The notes under the pieces were generated by a model. That model was given only the letters and a program-made list of their open reading frames with translations, was not told the origin of the DNA and made no database searches. From Flaccisagitta enflata (Eukaryota): a stretch of 64,000 nucleotides of DNA. A program made the translations under genes and the position numbers. Shown here in pieces: positions 25,601-37,500 of this stretch. How positions within the stretch are numbered: position 1 is the stretch's first letter; each line of letters begins with the position of its first letter. Location of the stretch: positions 7,936,001 through 8,000,000 of the forward strand of contig OZ231126.1 of the NCBI GenBank assembly GCA_965153355.1, in the 5' to 3' direction.

Positions 25601-28600
25601 ATATCAATGCCTTTTTCAAGGAAACACCAACTTATTGGCCTGAACTTTTCACATTCTAGGAGATAAAAAATATCTAAGTCTAAAGAACAATAAAGGTTAA
25701 GAGATTGAAATCCTTTTGGACCTATAACGGCAAAACGTAGAACTCCCCCATATCCACGCAGCGAAAAATGGCTCAAGGGGCGATGAGTTTCGTTCAACTT
25801 TTTTTTTGTTAGTGGGTAGGATAATGTATTGTTGCAGTAGAAAAGAATTCATATAGGTGTCATGCATAAATATTAGGGTGAATAAAAGATACCTATATCT
25901 ACTTGGGCATGTTTCCAACTTTATTATCGATTGTGTTTGTTAAGCCATTACTAAATAGTGTGTACAAAGAAAAGGAAACTTTGTTTAATAGTGCTCTGAT
26001 GTAACTCACTTGAAGAAACAATCTTTGCCCCTCGTATGTTTTGCCATCGGATTTCATCGCTTCCTAAAAAAAAGGAAAAGGAGTTGGGGAATGATTAATC
26101 CTTTTTTTTATCTTAAAAGCAAAAGTATGACAGCGTTTGCACACTAAGTATGTACATATTTTTTTTCATGTTAATAAAAACCTAAAAAAAATTTGGTTCA
26201 TGTGAAGGATTTACATGTTTTTTTTGGATAATCAATTCATCAAATTGTCTTCATGTTCTCACCATGGACTGGTCGACAGCGTACTCGCACAACTTGGCAG
26301 TCTTGAAATTTGTTCCCAGCTCCAGAACATTGTGATGGACGAAGTCCCTTCCCTCCTTTCCATCGGTTTCGTCATATTGCTTTTTGGCATCTTTGATAAT
26401 GCGCGGCAAATAATAATCTGCAAACTGGCTCACCCGATGTCGCAATCCTTCAAAACCCATTGGCATAAAGCTGGTCATGTAATTGTTCACGACGTATTTG
26501 GTCATCTTGGTGTAATCCTAAAAAGTGAAATCCATGCAGGACATTAGCCCTATTGAGGAAAACCCTTTTAGGTGCATGTTCACGTGTAGTTTTGCGAATG
26601 GGGGGCACATGGAGACTACCTATTTATTAAACCTCTCTCACCTGCGCAACGGAAGGGAAGTGTGTCTTCATATTGTCAAAGTACTTTCCCACTCCCGCAC
26701 AATAATGTTTCAGTTCTGGCGTCACTGCGCAGGCCAGTACCAAAAGCTGAAAAAAATGAAAATGGAAATTTCCAAATGTTACTCTCCCACTAGTCTTCAA
26801 TTCCCTTTCTCCAATTCTCTTTTTCTCTGTGGTGATGGGGGGGGGAGTGTAAGAGAGAATAGGTGTCCATTTCTAACCAAATTAAAAGAAAAGCAGAGAA
26901 ATGTAAAACAGTTACTTTGAGTATGACGGGTTCATCCTAAATAACTTTACCATGAGCTTATCCTCCTCTTGATCGTAGCAGCCTGGGCTGTTCTCCATGT
27001 CCTTTATCATCCCAGCAAAGTCCTCGTCCGTACTGTCCAATACCCCAAAGTCAACACCGTTGTCCAACCTCAGTTGTTCGGAGGCTTCTTTGGGAATTAG
27101 GTTGTGTTTGGCATCGCGTTCGTTATACAGATCCCACTCCATTTTTGGTTGACGACCTAACAATAAAACGGAAAGATATCCTAATTAATGCATTTGTGTA
27201 CAATTTGGCAGAAGTGGTCATGTGAAAAACGGGGTGGTAATGGATGGAGGCATGGACTGATTTACTTCAAGCTGGCTAGTTGCTTTTCTTGGAATTAACA
27301 ACATGAGGTAAGACCTTTCACACTTAATATATCTCCCAAAAAAATATATACAGTTATTTCACTAATTTGTTGTGAACGTTACCAACCTGTTCCGGATGTT
27401 ATGTTGGATTTCCTCCTCACTTTGCTTTGCTTCGTTGTGTTTAACCCCTGCGCCAATATCCTACAAACTGAGTGTTGATCCTTCATCGAGACCCCAATAA
27501 AGAATCCCGGGTATCGCTTATCGAGCCAGTCAAAGAATGTCCTGACTCCGTCAACACCAGTGAACAGAATGCGAACTTTTCCGGGAATTTCGAATTGATT
27601 TTTGCCTTGGTTTTTCTTCATGATTTCAACGAGGGAATCCTAGAAAGGGGGTTTAGGTAAGATTTTACTGGTTTTGTAAATGTAAACGTGAAATAATAAT
27701 TGTTTTTCCTTTTTTAAAAGGAAAATAAATAATTTCTCATTTACATTTACAGAACCAGTTAAATTATATTACATTACATAGTGATTCCCTACTATCACTC
27801 ACATTAAGTCCCAAGGATCTTCCCATATTAATCCAGGCATCTTCACGTGTTGAATCTGGAGATTTCTCGTTGACGAACTTCAAGGCGTTTTCGAAAGTCA
27901 AGGGTTCTCCCTCTAGGTGTGAGATGATGTTTTGGATCCGGGGAAGTGCAACCTTTTCCCAAATCGAGTAAACCCACGCAAGGGGTTCTGTATAGGAAGA
28001 ATTTGGGTAATGTAAAATAATTCATGGCTGCCTAGTTTGTGTGTGTGATAAGGCTATGATAAAATGACAACCAGACTGAAAGGTACTTGATTACAGTGGG
28101 TTTTGGATGTGGAGTTGTGGTCCTATAAAGGAAGTCTGAGCAAGTAAGAGATAAATTAAAAGGGACAAGGTAAGGATGTAAATGGTACAAAATTTGGCTT
28201 CCCCTTGCAACCAACTTCTAAAGAAACCAAAGAAACTAAAGAAACCAAAGAAACCATAGAAACCAACCCGTGAAATCGTTCTTTGTCGGCATTTCGGGTT
28301 GATACACAAATATGTCCTCGCTCTTTCGTTGATTTAACTTTGCGTAAATATAGCCCTCTTGAAGTTTAACCAACATGGGCGTCTCCCCGCTTGGGAGGTC
28401 CATTCTGAGGAATTTCGCCCATTCGTAGATATCCCCTTTTAGCTTGTCACAAAGGAAGACATACAGGTTTTTATTCCCCATGTCTGTCTTCTGTTGGAGC
28501 CATTCGACGTGGACCTCGAATTTCTGGCCCAAATCAAAAGGTGGATATTTTTCGTCGACTTCTAGGTTTTGCTTATGAATGTATTGCAGGAAAGTCATGT

Positions 28601-31600
28601 CTGAGAAAAGAAAAAAGAAAGGTTTTTAAGGGTAATTACTTGTGTAATGGTTGTGTAATAACAAAAATAACCGAATTACTGGACCAGATTCATTTGATTC
28701 CATGTAAACACTTCAGGAATGCATTTAACACTGTTTGTGCATGTATATATTGGCAACTGTCATTTTTTTACCTGCAACATTCAGCTCATTCAATCGGTCA
28801 GGTACCCCCATCTCCTTAAGGTTATCACAATGCAGATCAATGAGACATGGATCGTCTGCCTTGTAGACTTGTCCATCCTTTCCCGCCTTCAGCTCACGGA
28901 TCCTTTTAAAATCGAAACTCCTCTCCAAGTGTAAGTCGTATCGATTTTGACCGTCAGCAACTGAGGACACAAGAAATTGTTACATGAAACTTTTTCCTTA
29001 AGTTTTTTTGGGGCAAACCAGTGCAAAGGTAGAAGGTGTTGCGCTGGTAGACATGTAGGAATTAACACAGCCAAGTGTGGATCGTCGAACGAATGCGTTA
29101 CCCAACCAACAGATCAACTGACCAAACGACAGACACAGCCAGGTATAGAGGTGCTTTGTCGCACTCAAAAACTTGTCCTATGGCAATTATATTCCATTTA
29201 CTGCTGCTCCAGCAACTCTTGGCTAGTTTCCTGCATATAGCTATAGTAGTTTTTTCTAGGCCCAAACATTAAATAGTTGCTTACTTTTGTGCCAACGTTT
29301 TTTAAATTCAGCATTAACTGCTTCTGAAGCGGTTGTCTCGGTCCACACCCCTGGAGTTGCGGCAGGAGCGTTTGAGGTCGATGAGGCCGAGGCTGTTGAG
29401 GCTGAGGCTGAGGATGCCTCAGCCGACGGTTTCGAGGTTGTGGGAGAGGTGGAAGGTAAAGACGCTGAGGCAGAGGATACCCTGGCTGCTGATTTTGAAG
29501 TTGAGCGAGACGCTGAGGCAGAAGACGCCCCAGCCGCTGATTTTGTGATGGAGGGAGAGGCCGAGGATGAAGAGGGAGAGGTTCGCGGGGCTTTCGATTT
29601 AGACGTCGAGCGAGAGGCCGAGGCAGAAGACGCTGCGGGAGAGGATGCCGCGGCAGACGATATTGATGTTGAGGTAGATGAATTGGGGGTTGATGATATA
29701 CTGTGGGCCCTTTTGGTTGCTTTTCCGCTTGGTTTCTCGGAAGTAGTTTCCACCACAGTTCGCAGTTGGGTCAACGCGCCTAAGGCGTAAAGAGTCAATC
29801 TCTCCGTCTTTACTAGGTTATTCACCCTCACCTTTTTTTAGACATCAATTCTTTAAAAATTTCCAAATAATGTATGGACCTGTTTCTTGTTCCTTCAATG
29901 ACGTTTGTTGTACTTCCTCCACGATCATTTTACGAATCTTCCTCTTATTTCTCTTCTCCCTCCTCTCCTTGTTGTAATCGTAATCGGAATCTGTGGATTA
30001 AGACATGTAACAGTGAATTTTCTTAATGGCATGTGAAGTCATTGTAGGGAATACAGTTCAGTCAGTCTTTGCTTTTTTTTACTATTTTGGAGAAATACGG
30101 TTTCCATTTTCTTATTACTGGTGACCTGAGTAATTGTTTTTCCATTTTTGGTCCTTACATAATACTTACATATTTCATGTTTGGGGAAAAAAAGTTCTTT
30201 AAAATCACTAAGTCATCCAACTATTTCCACTAATTGATCATCACTTCCACTTCTACAACCTATTCCAAGTCTCTATACTCACCCAAATCGCTGTCATCCA
30301 GATCTACCGAATTCCGGGCGTGGTATGTTAAATTGCCAGACCCTATATAATGTAGATTAAGTTACAAAAAATTTGTTAAAGAGGCTAAAAATTTTGTGCC
30401 TCTTTAACAAATTTTTTTTCTTATCTTAAGCCCAACATTACGTTTTACTCACTCACCTTGTGTGGATGCATTCCGTTTGGGCGTTTTGGATTCGGACTGG
30501 GAGGGTTGGGAGGTCTGAAGTGGGGTTGATGTTGGCGAGGAGAAGATCGAGGAAGTCTCATATCGTTCGCCACTCTGGTGGGAAGGATCCTCTGTTGGCC
30601 CACAAACACCTGTTTATTTGGTAACAGAAATGGGAATGCAATCTCCAATACTGTTACGTACCCATTGGAATAATCGACCAATACAAGTCCACTAATGGTT
30701 AGAATTACCATGTTCGCGCATGTCTACGTCGTCGCCTTTACCCATTCCGGCATCTCCTCCAAAATTGACGGAGTCCGGCGCCCTTTTTGTTTTATCGCTT
30801 GACAAGCCTCGCTTTTGGATTACAGTGTCCATCTTCTCCCTTAGCTGTGTGTTCGGTCCAGGTCTTTTCTCGCCCGGTGCCGGTCTCGGGCCCGGTCCCG
30901 GTCGGTGTTCTGGTCCCGGTTCTTTCTCGCCCAACCTATCAGGTGCGCCTCCGAACTCATCCCTGTCCCACCCAGGATCACCTCCCAAAACATTCTGACC
31001 CTCGTTCTCATCCTCGCTGTCCATCTCCCTCTCCTCTTCCTCCTCCCTGTCATCAACCTCCTCCATGTCGTCTCCAGGATCTGTATTGTCTCGTTCCTCA
31101 TCCATTTCTGAGTCAAACCCAGAGTTGAAGTCGGTCGTAACCGTCTGTTGGCCTTTTGTAGCACATTTCGGTATGACATCAAAACGATCAAAAACATTCA
31201 TGTTGTCCTCTTGTTCACTATGTTGTGGAACATGTGATTTTGACTTTGAACCAGTAGACCCTGCGTCCCTGTCTTCCATCCTTTCTCTAGGCGGATGTTT
31301 TGAGGGAGGTGGCGAGAACGACGCTTCTCTTGTCAGACGTTGTGAGTGAGGAGATGAGGGAGATGGTGGACGTTTATGGTGAGGAGATGACGTAGGTTGT
31401 GTGGAGGTAAAAGATGGGAAGGATTTGGTTTGGGATGAGGAGGGGCTATTTTCCATCGCTTTCTTTTTTCTTCTTACCTCTCTCTGGCTAGTAAAATAGG
31501 ATTCTGAGGATATGTTGGTTTCCGGGCTGTTTTTGAAGGAGGTACTTTGTTGTAAAAACCCGAAGGAAAGTTGTTGTGGTGAGGAACGTGCTGAAACGGT

Positions 31601-31672
31601 TGGATCGCGTGAGGTCACCTCTCCATCCTGCGATTCTTGAGAATCCCCTCTTCCCCCCCTTTTTTCTGACAT
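22604..31672 (-). CDS. Large multi-exon (~17 exons) gene of unknown function inside the CACTA element; low-complexity N- and C-termini, globular core; probably partly decayed
   Basis: Phase-compatible GT-AG exons: 31672-30709, 30609-30457, 30342-30283, 29990-; then 28960-28772, 28600-28268, 27987-27803, 27639-27387, 27156-26951, 26746-26642, 26517-26263, 26063-26010; terminal exons ~24300-23960, ~23397-23255, ~22960-22604. Junctions at 29.0-29.9 kb and 24.3-25.8 kb unresolved; in-frame TGA near 24130. Confidence 0.75.
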
Positions 31673-31835
31673 TGTTTTTACTCTGTTTTTCAGTCTCTGA
31701 TGTTATTAGTAAATGGTCGCTTAAAAAGATTCAAAGCAAACAAGTCATCAGTAGGGTCTCTCACAATGCCATAAAGAACTAAAAAGAAATTCAAAGGGCA
31801 GGAAATTCAAAGGGCAGACAGCGAGGGGGATTGGA

Positions 31836-31845
31836 ATTATATAAC
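31836..31845 (-). promoter_or_regulatory. Possible TATA box for the large cargo gene
   Basis: TTATATAA ~165 bp upstream of the ATG at 31672; AT-rich context makes chance occurrence likely. Confidence 0.25.
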
Positions 31846-31974
31846 CAAAAAATTTTTTCTATTGTTATTGCTTGCGTTATTTTGGGAGAACTTGATGAAT
31901 AAAAGCATTTTGTTCATAGCATCCGTTTTTTCTTGTTGCGGATACTCCCTCGTCAGTAAACCTTGCGCTGGATA

Positions 31975-32754
31975 CAGAGGGGCGAACGTTAAAAAAAATT
32001 TTACAGGTTTTTAACGTTTTGTAACGCTTTTTTACAGTTTTTAACAGTTTCTTACAAGAAAAAAATTTAAAGAGGTGCCCGCATTACTTTTTTAACACAC
32101 ACCATGTGCAGTTAAAAACTCCTTCTCGATAAGAACTGTCTTGTAAAATTATTAAAAAGAGCTTTTTAACACCTTAAAATATCTAACAGGATATGTTAAA
32201 AACCTTTTTAACTGGGTGTTAAAAACCTTTTTATCCAGTTAAAAACCTTTTTAACACGTTGTAAAAACAGTTTTTAACATACTGTTAAAAACCTTTTAAA
32301 CAAGTTGGCAAAAAAACCTTTTAACAAGCTGTTAAAAACCTTTTTAACAAGTTAAAAACCTTTTCAACAAGTCAAATACCTTATTAACAAGTTAAAAACC
32401 TTTTTAACAGGTTTGTGAAAAACTTTTCAACACGCTGTTAAAAACCTGTTTACCAAGCTGCTTAAAACCTTTTTAACAAGTTATCAAATAACTTTTTTAC
32501 ATGACTGTTGAATAAAAACAGTTTTAAACCTCTCAAAAAGCATTTAAAACCTGTTTAACCACCATTTTTTACGGGGACCCTAGCTTTTTAACAGTTTTTA
32601 ACAAGTCCCTGAATTAAAAGAGGGTCCCCGCTAATAAAAACTTTTAAAAACTGTTAAAAACTGTTATAAACTTTTAAAAACTGTTAAAAACTGTTAAAAA
32701 ATGTTTCTAACTTTTAAAAACCCGTAAAAATTTTTTTTTCGTTCGCCCCCTCTG
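31975..32754. mobile_element. ~780-bp MITE with CAGAGGGGCGAACG TIRs and 4-bp TSD GATA (possibly Academ-like)
   Basis: GATA|CAGAGGGGCGAACG...CGTTCGCCCCCTCTG|GATA; interior of GTTAAAAACCTTTTTAAC palindromic repeats. Confidence 0.8.
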
Positions 32755-33256
32755 GATATTCGTACCTATGGATATGTATGATATGACTAAAGATCATCTT
32801 TACCCCTTCCCACATTCCCCCCCCTTCACCACATTCCCCCTCCCTTCCTCAGGTCTTATCGAGAAGAGTAAGATGGTCAGAGTAAGAAGGTAATCTCTCA
32901 CACCGCATTTCCCTTTCAATGTTTTTTTTTCTACTATTGTCCCATACGTTTCCATCTAGAAGAAAGACTGACAATCCGTTCACTCGTTCGATTTTCAACG
33001 TGTTTAGAAATCTCCATTCGTGCCCGTGTTGCCATCATCTGGAAAAGGATTTGGTATTACATAAAAGAAGGTCTCCATTGTCATCCAATATGTTCTATCA
33101 TTTTCATCCACAGTAATACAAGGCCAAGTAGGCCAATAAGGTGCGACGTGTGGATCGTCTAACAAATGCGTTACCCAGCCAACTGTCAGACCAACCAACC
33201 CATCCACAGACGGACACAGCCAGTTGTAGAGGTGCTTTGTCGTACCAATAAATGGG

Positions 33257-34468
33257 TTAAGCATATGCAGGGGTCTCACCATCGTCGTTGTCTTCATCAT
33301 CATCATGACTTTCGGTGTTAAACTCGTTTCCTTCATCCTTCGCCTTTTTCCCGTTAACCCCGAAAGGAGTTGGACTCTTCTCAATGATTGCCCGTCGCCT
33401 TCTTTTCAATGGACGCAAGTCACCCAGATCTCCTTCACCGCTTGCATCTTCATCGACTGGGGTGAGGTGGACATCATCCCCCATTGGCTGTAGGGTAAAA
33501 GGATAGGATCGTCAGGCCAAATTCTTAAGCATGGATGGGAGCTAGGCCAACGAATAGCCCCTATATCCCTACCCTGCACCCCCCCCCTCCCGTTCAACGC
33601 TTTAAACAATTTTTTTTTAGCGGACACGCGACTACACCTTACCAGTCAGTTGGTCCGTGTGTCGCTCTGTTGGTCTGTCATATTTTCTAATTCAAAGGGT
33701 TTTTTTTCATTACTGCTCCTGAACAACCGTTTGTGACTGGATGGCCGTGTATCTGTCCTTGTTTTACATACTTGGAGGTTTTCGTTTTCCACCACCTTCA
33801 ATCGTTTTCGACTTTCAAAAACCGGTTTCTGTTTCTGTTCTTCAAAGTTTTGGGCGCCATCGTTGTCACTCAGTCCGTTTCCACCCTCCGAGCTGATGAG
33901 AAAATCGTCTCCCATAGACTGTGAAGGAAGGGGGAAGTAAATGTTGAAAGGAAACATTTGGGTTGAACAAGTAAAAGAAATGGACAATAAAATCGCCAGT
34001 TCATACTATCTCCCCACCCCCAACACACTTGGGCTTCAAGAGTTATCAAATCAAACTCACAACGTGGGGTGTTTCCAGGTGAGTTGGGAACTCAAATGAT
34101 TCCTCGATCTTTGGGATGGGGCTCAAGTGGTCGAAATCCGAGCCGAATGAGAACAACTGCTCCGAAGATGAGTCGGTCTCCTCCGAAGATGAGTCGGTCT
34201 CCTCGTAACCTTCGTTTTGGCCATCCGCATGGAGTTGGTCGTTGTAAGAGCTGTCGTTGTAAGAGCTGTCGTTGTAAGAGCTGTAACTAGTATCAGTAAG
34301 GAGAGGCTCGATGTCCGAGTGCGGAGAAGAGACGTCCGAAATGGAAGATACACCGGAAATTTGCGACAAATCGATTGTGTCGTCCTCCGGACCGTAAGAA
34401 GAAGAATCGAGCGTGACATCTTGAAGTGTTTTCGACACCGACTCTTCCTCGACTTTCTTTTGTGACAT
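33257..34468 (-). CDS. Acidic, Ser-rich spliced ORF inside the CACTA element (>=3 exons), unknown function
   Basis: Exons 34468-34061, 33918-33772, 33487-33280 (or to the stop at 33257) with phase-0 GT-AG junctions; KRRRR basic cluster; ATG ~90 bp downstream of the transposase stop. Confidence 0.65.
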
Positions 34469-34557
34469 TGCGATTGAGAGTTATGGATTTATTTTTTAGG
34501 AAAGAGGGTTGGCATGGACCTGAACGACCAAACCAAGAAGTCATGAAAAAGACAAAA

Positions 34558-37500
34558 TCATGGGATTAATGCAACCCATTCATTTAGGGGATTTTTCTCA
34601 TAGTCATATCCGGTATAAAGAGGACGGCGCAAATAATGATAAGAGGAAGTATGATCCTGTTCGTAAAATGTTGACTTGAATTCCTCTAAGAGGACTACGT
34701 TAAACCTTTTGTTGGGAGTTTTTTGGTCAATCTTTGGAACACGTGTATGGGGATCAATTGTAACAGAAAAAACCTGTCCAAAGAAGCCCAATTTTGATGA
34801 ATCCTCTTTTGCTATGAGTAGATTATCGATTCGAACAAACTCGGTGTCTGATTTGAAGTAAAATGTTGTCTTATGAAAGTTGGTGTTAAGTATAGTTAAG
34901 GTTGCGAGTTCTTCAAAGTCCCCTTGACCAAAGGTTTTCCATAAATCCTTTGTTCGCTTTGAAGTTTTATTCCTTTTAATACGTATGCGTGACCCTTTCT
35001 TCTTCCAACTTCGTAGAGGATTGAGGATGGAAAACCGATTGGAAAAGAAGGCCGCTTTACGTTCATGCATGAGGGCCGGATACTTTACGATCGATTTCCT
35101 GTTATTGGCCTTCACAACCGCGGTTTTAAAAATTCGATGACTGTTCTCTCCTCGTCGTGTTGAGCTCCCCACGGGTGCTGGGCCAAAATCCCTTATTCCC
35201 ATCGGCGCATGAAGAAGATAATGGTCCTGTACATTTTATGAGGCAATCAAGGCAATAAGCATTAAAAATCAACACGACCCCGGACAAATTGATGACTCAA
35301 AAAACAAATTGCACAAGATGGAGAAAGTAGCTAGTATTTACCTTTGGTTTAAGAGGAGGATTGTACATTGATGGTGGTTTCAGTCTTGGTTTCTTTTTTG
35401 GAGGCGCCTCCTCCTCTTCATCCTCCTGGTTTTCTCCCTCTGGTTCCTCATATTCTTCCTCATCATCCTCACACTCTTGCGTCTGATCATTCTCAGTCTG
35501 AGTAGTAGTTTGACTGCCGCAAGGACCACGCTTCCGTTTTTGACTCGGAGTATTGCCTTTTTCCTGCTCCCTTTTCTTTTTCTCATCATCATATTTCTTT
35601 AGGTCGGAGGCATAACTGGCGTTTCGTGTAAGGTCCATTCTCAGCTTATACATGTTCCAAAGAAGTTTTTCGATTTCCACAATATCCCCCTCTGTTACAT
35701 GGTTTCTGCAAAACAGCTCGTCTAACTTGGCCAATGTGTCCAAGAGTTTGAATTCCTTTGTCAGGCAAATTGCTCGATAATCATTGAACGAATGAAAGGC
35801 GACTTGTCAGTTGAAGGGTTGTTGACAGTTCGGCGAAAGAGCCTTGAAAAACCGGGTGTGGAGTCCCTGTCCAATGTTTCTTTGAAAAGGGAGGGACCGG
35901 ATTTTTTTGATGCCTCCCAGTTTTCCGTGGGATGACTCTGTACTTGTCGTCTAATTCTTCAATCGTGAATCTCTTCTTTGTTAAGAGAGATTTAATGGCA
36001 ATCCCAAAGCATTCTTTGGCAGCTCCTCCGTGGAAGTTATGCCAAACGTCCCCTGGCAGGTCCCTGCCCACATCAAAATCAGTCAATCGCCTCAGTGGTG
36101 TGTCCTGGATAACGCCATCGATATTGAATGCGAAATTTTCCCGACGGTCGCCCAAGAAAGAAAGGAATTCATCAGCGTCTTTTGCAATTTTATATTTCTT
36201 CTGTTCGATGTTGCACTGTCTGCAGGGGTGGGTCATGTGGTGGGGGGTAAAGCTTATGCTGGTAATCCAGCTAACGTGGATCATGAGCTTGACCTCAACG
36301 ACCACCCAAAATAAATGACTTTGTCATTCCCAACCCCACAACTGTTTCTGTGAGGGTGTTCAATTGGTCTAACTTTCCAAAACAACGCTATAACTAATTT
36401 CCTAGATCTGGATTGATTTGAAATGTTATAGTGATGAGTGACAGATTTTATATACATGAGTGAGGGGCATGTGATATACCAAGACTATTTTTGAATTATG
36501 CTTGAGAAAAAAACTACCATCCAGGTCAAAAACAGCAAAACACAGTAAAGACACTCTGGCCTGGCTGAAGTTGGTTTTTGATCGCGTGCACACGACTTAT
36601 AACCCGCTTCTGTCGGTTCATCGGTCGGTCCGCTTGGTCGGTCGGTCCGCTGGTTTCGTCGTAATACTTAGCTTTTTTGTCGTTTTACGCCATTTTAAGT
36701 TATTTTAAGTTTTTGTTGTTTTTTGAATTATTGGTTGCTTATCATTTTTGGGTCGCTTTGACATTTTGTCAATCATTATTTTTGGTCATTTTGGCTTCAA
36801 TTTTGGTCGATTTTATTGGTTTTGACTGACTTGGATCGACTTGATCAATGATCATTTGTCATTGTGGTCATTTTTACTACCGCTTGGTCATTTTTGGTCA
36901 TTTCGGTCATTTTGTCATTTTTGGTCATTTTATTGTTTGGTCATTTTTGGTACTAATATTTTGGTCAATTTTAATTTTTGATCAATTTTGATCAATTTTT
37001 ATTAGTTTTTGGTCAAATATATCATTTTATTTCATTAATAATATTTTTGTCATTTTTTAAATCATTTTATTGTTTTTTATTATTTTAATATTTTTTGGAT
37101 CACCCTGACTAATTTTGACTGGAACTTTGATCATTATTGGTCATTTTTGGTCATTTTGGTGGTTTTGATCATTTTGGTCATTTTATTCGTTTTGGTCATT
37201 TTGGTTATTATAGTCATTTTTATTGGTTTGGTCATTTTTGTTGTTTTCATTATTTTTGACGTTCCAATCATTTTAGTCACCTTGATCATTTTGGTCGATC
37301 TGGTCATTTTGGTCGTTTGGGTCATATTTTTTATTATTTTATTATTTTGGGCCATTTTTGGCCATTTTTGGTCATTTTTATTCATTTTTGGTCATTTATA
37401 ATAGTTTTGGCTATTTATCATTTTTGGTCATTTTTACTTTGGATCATTTTTGGACATTTATCACTTTGATCATTTTTGGTCATTTTTATCACTTTGATTA

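Noticed and set aside
29287-29790. Plus-strand Ala/Glu-rich ORF
   Set aside because: Antisense shadow of the Ser/Ala-rich minus-strand exon of the cargo gene.
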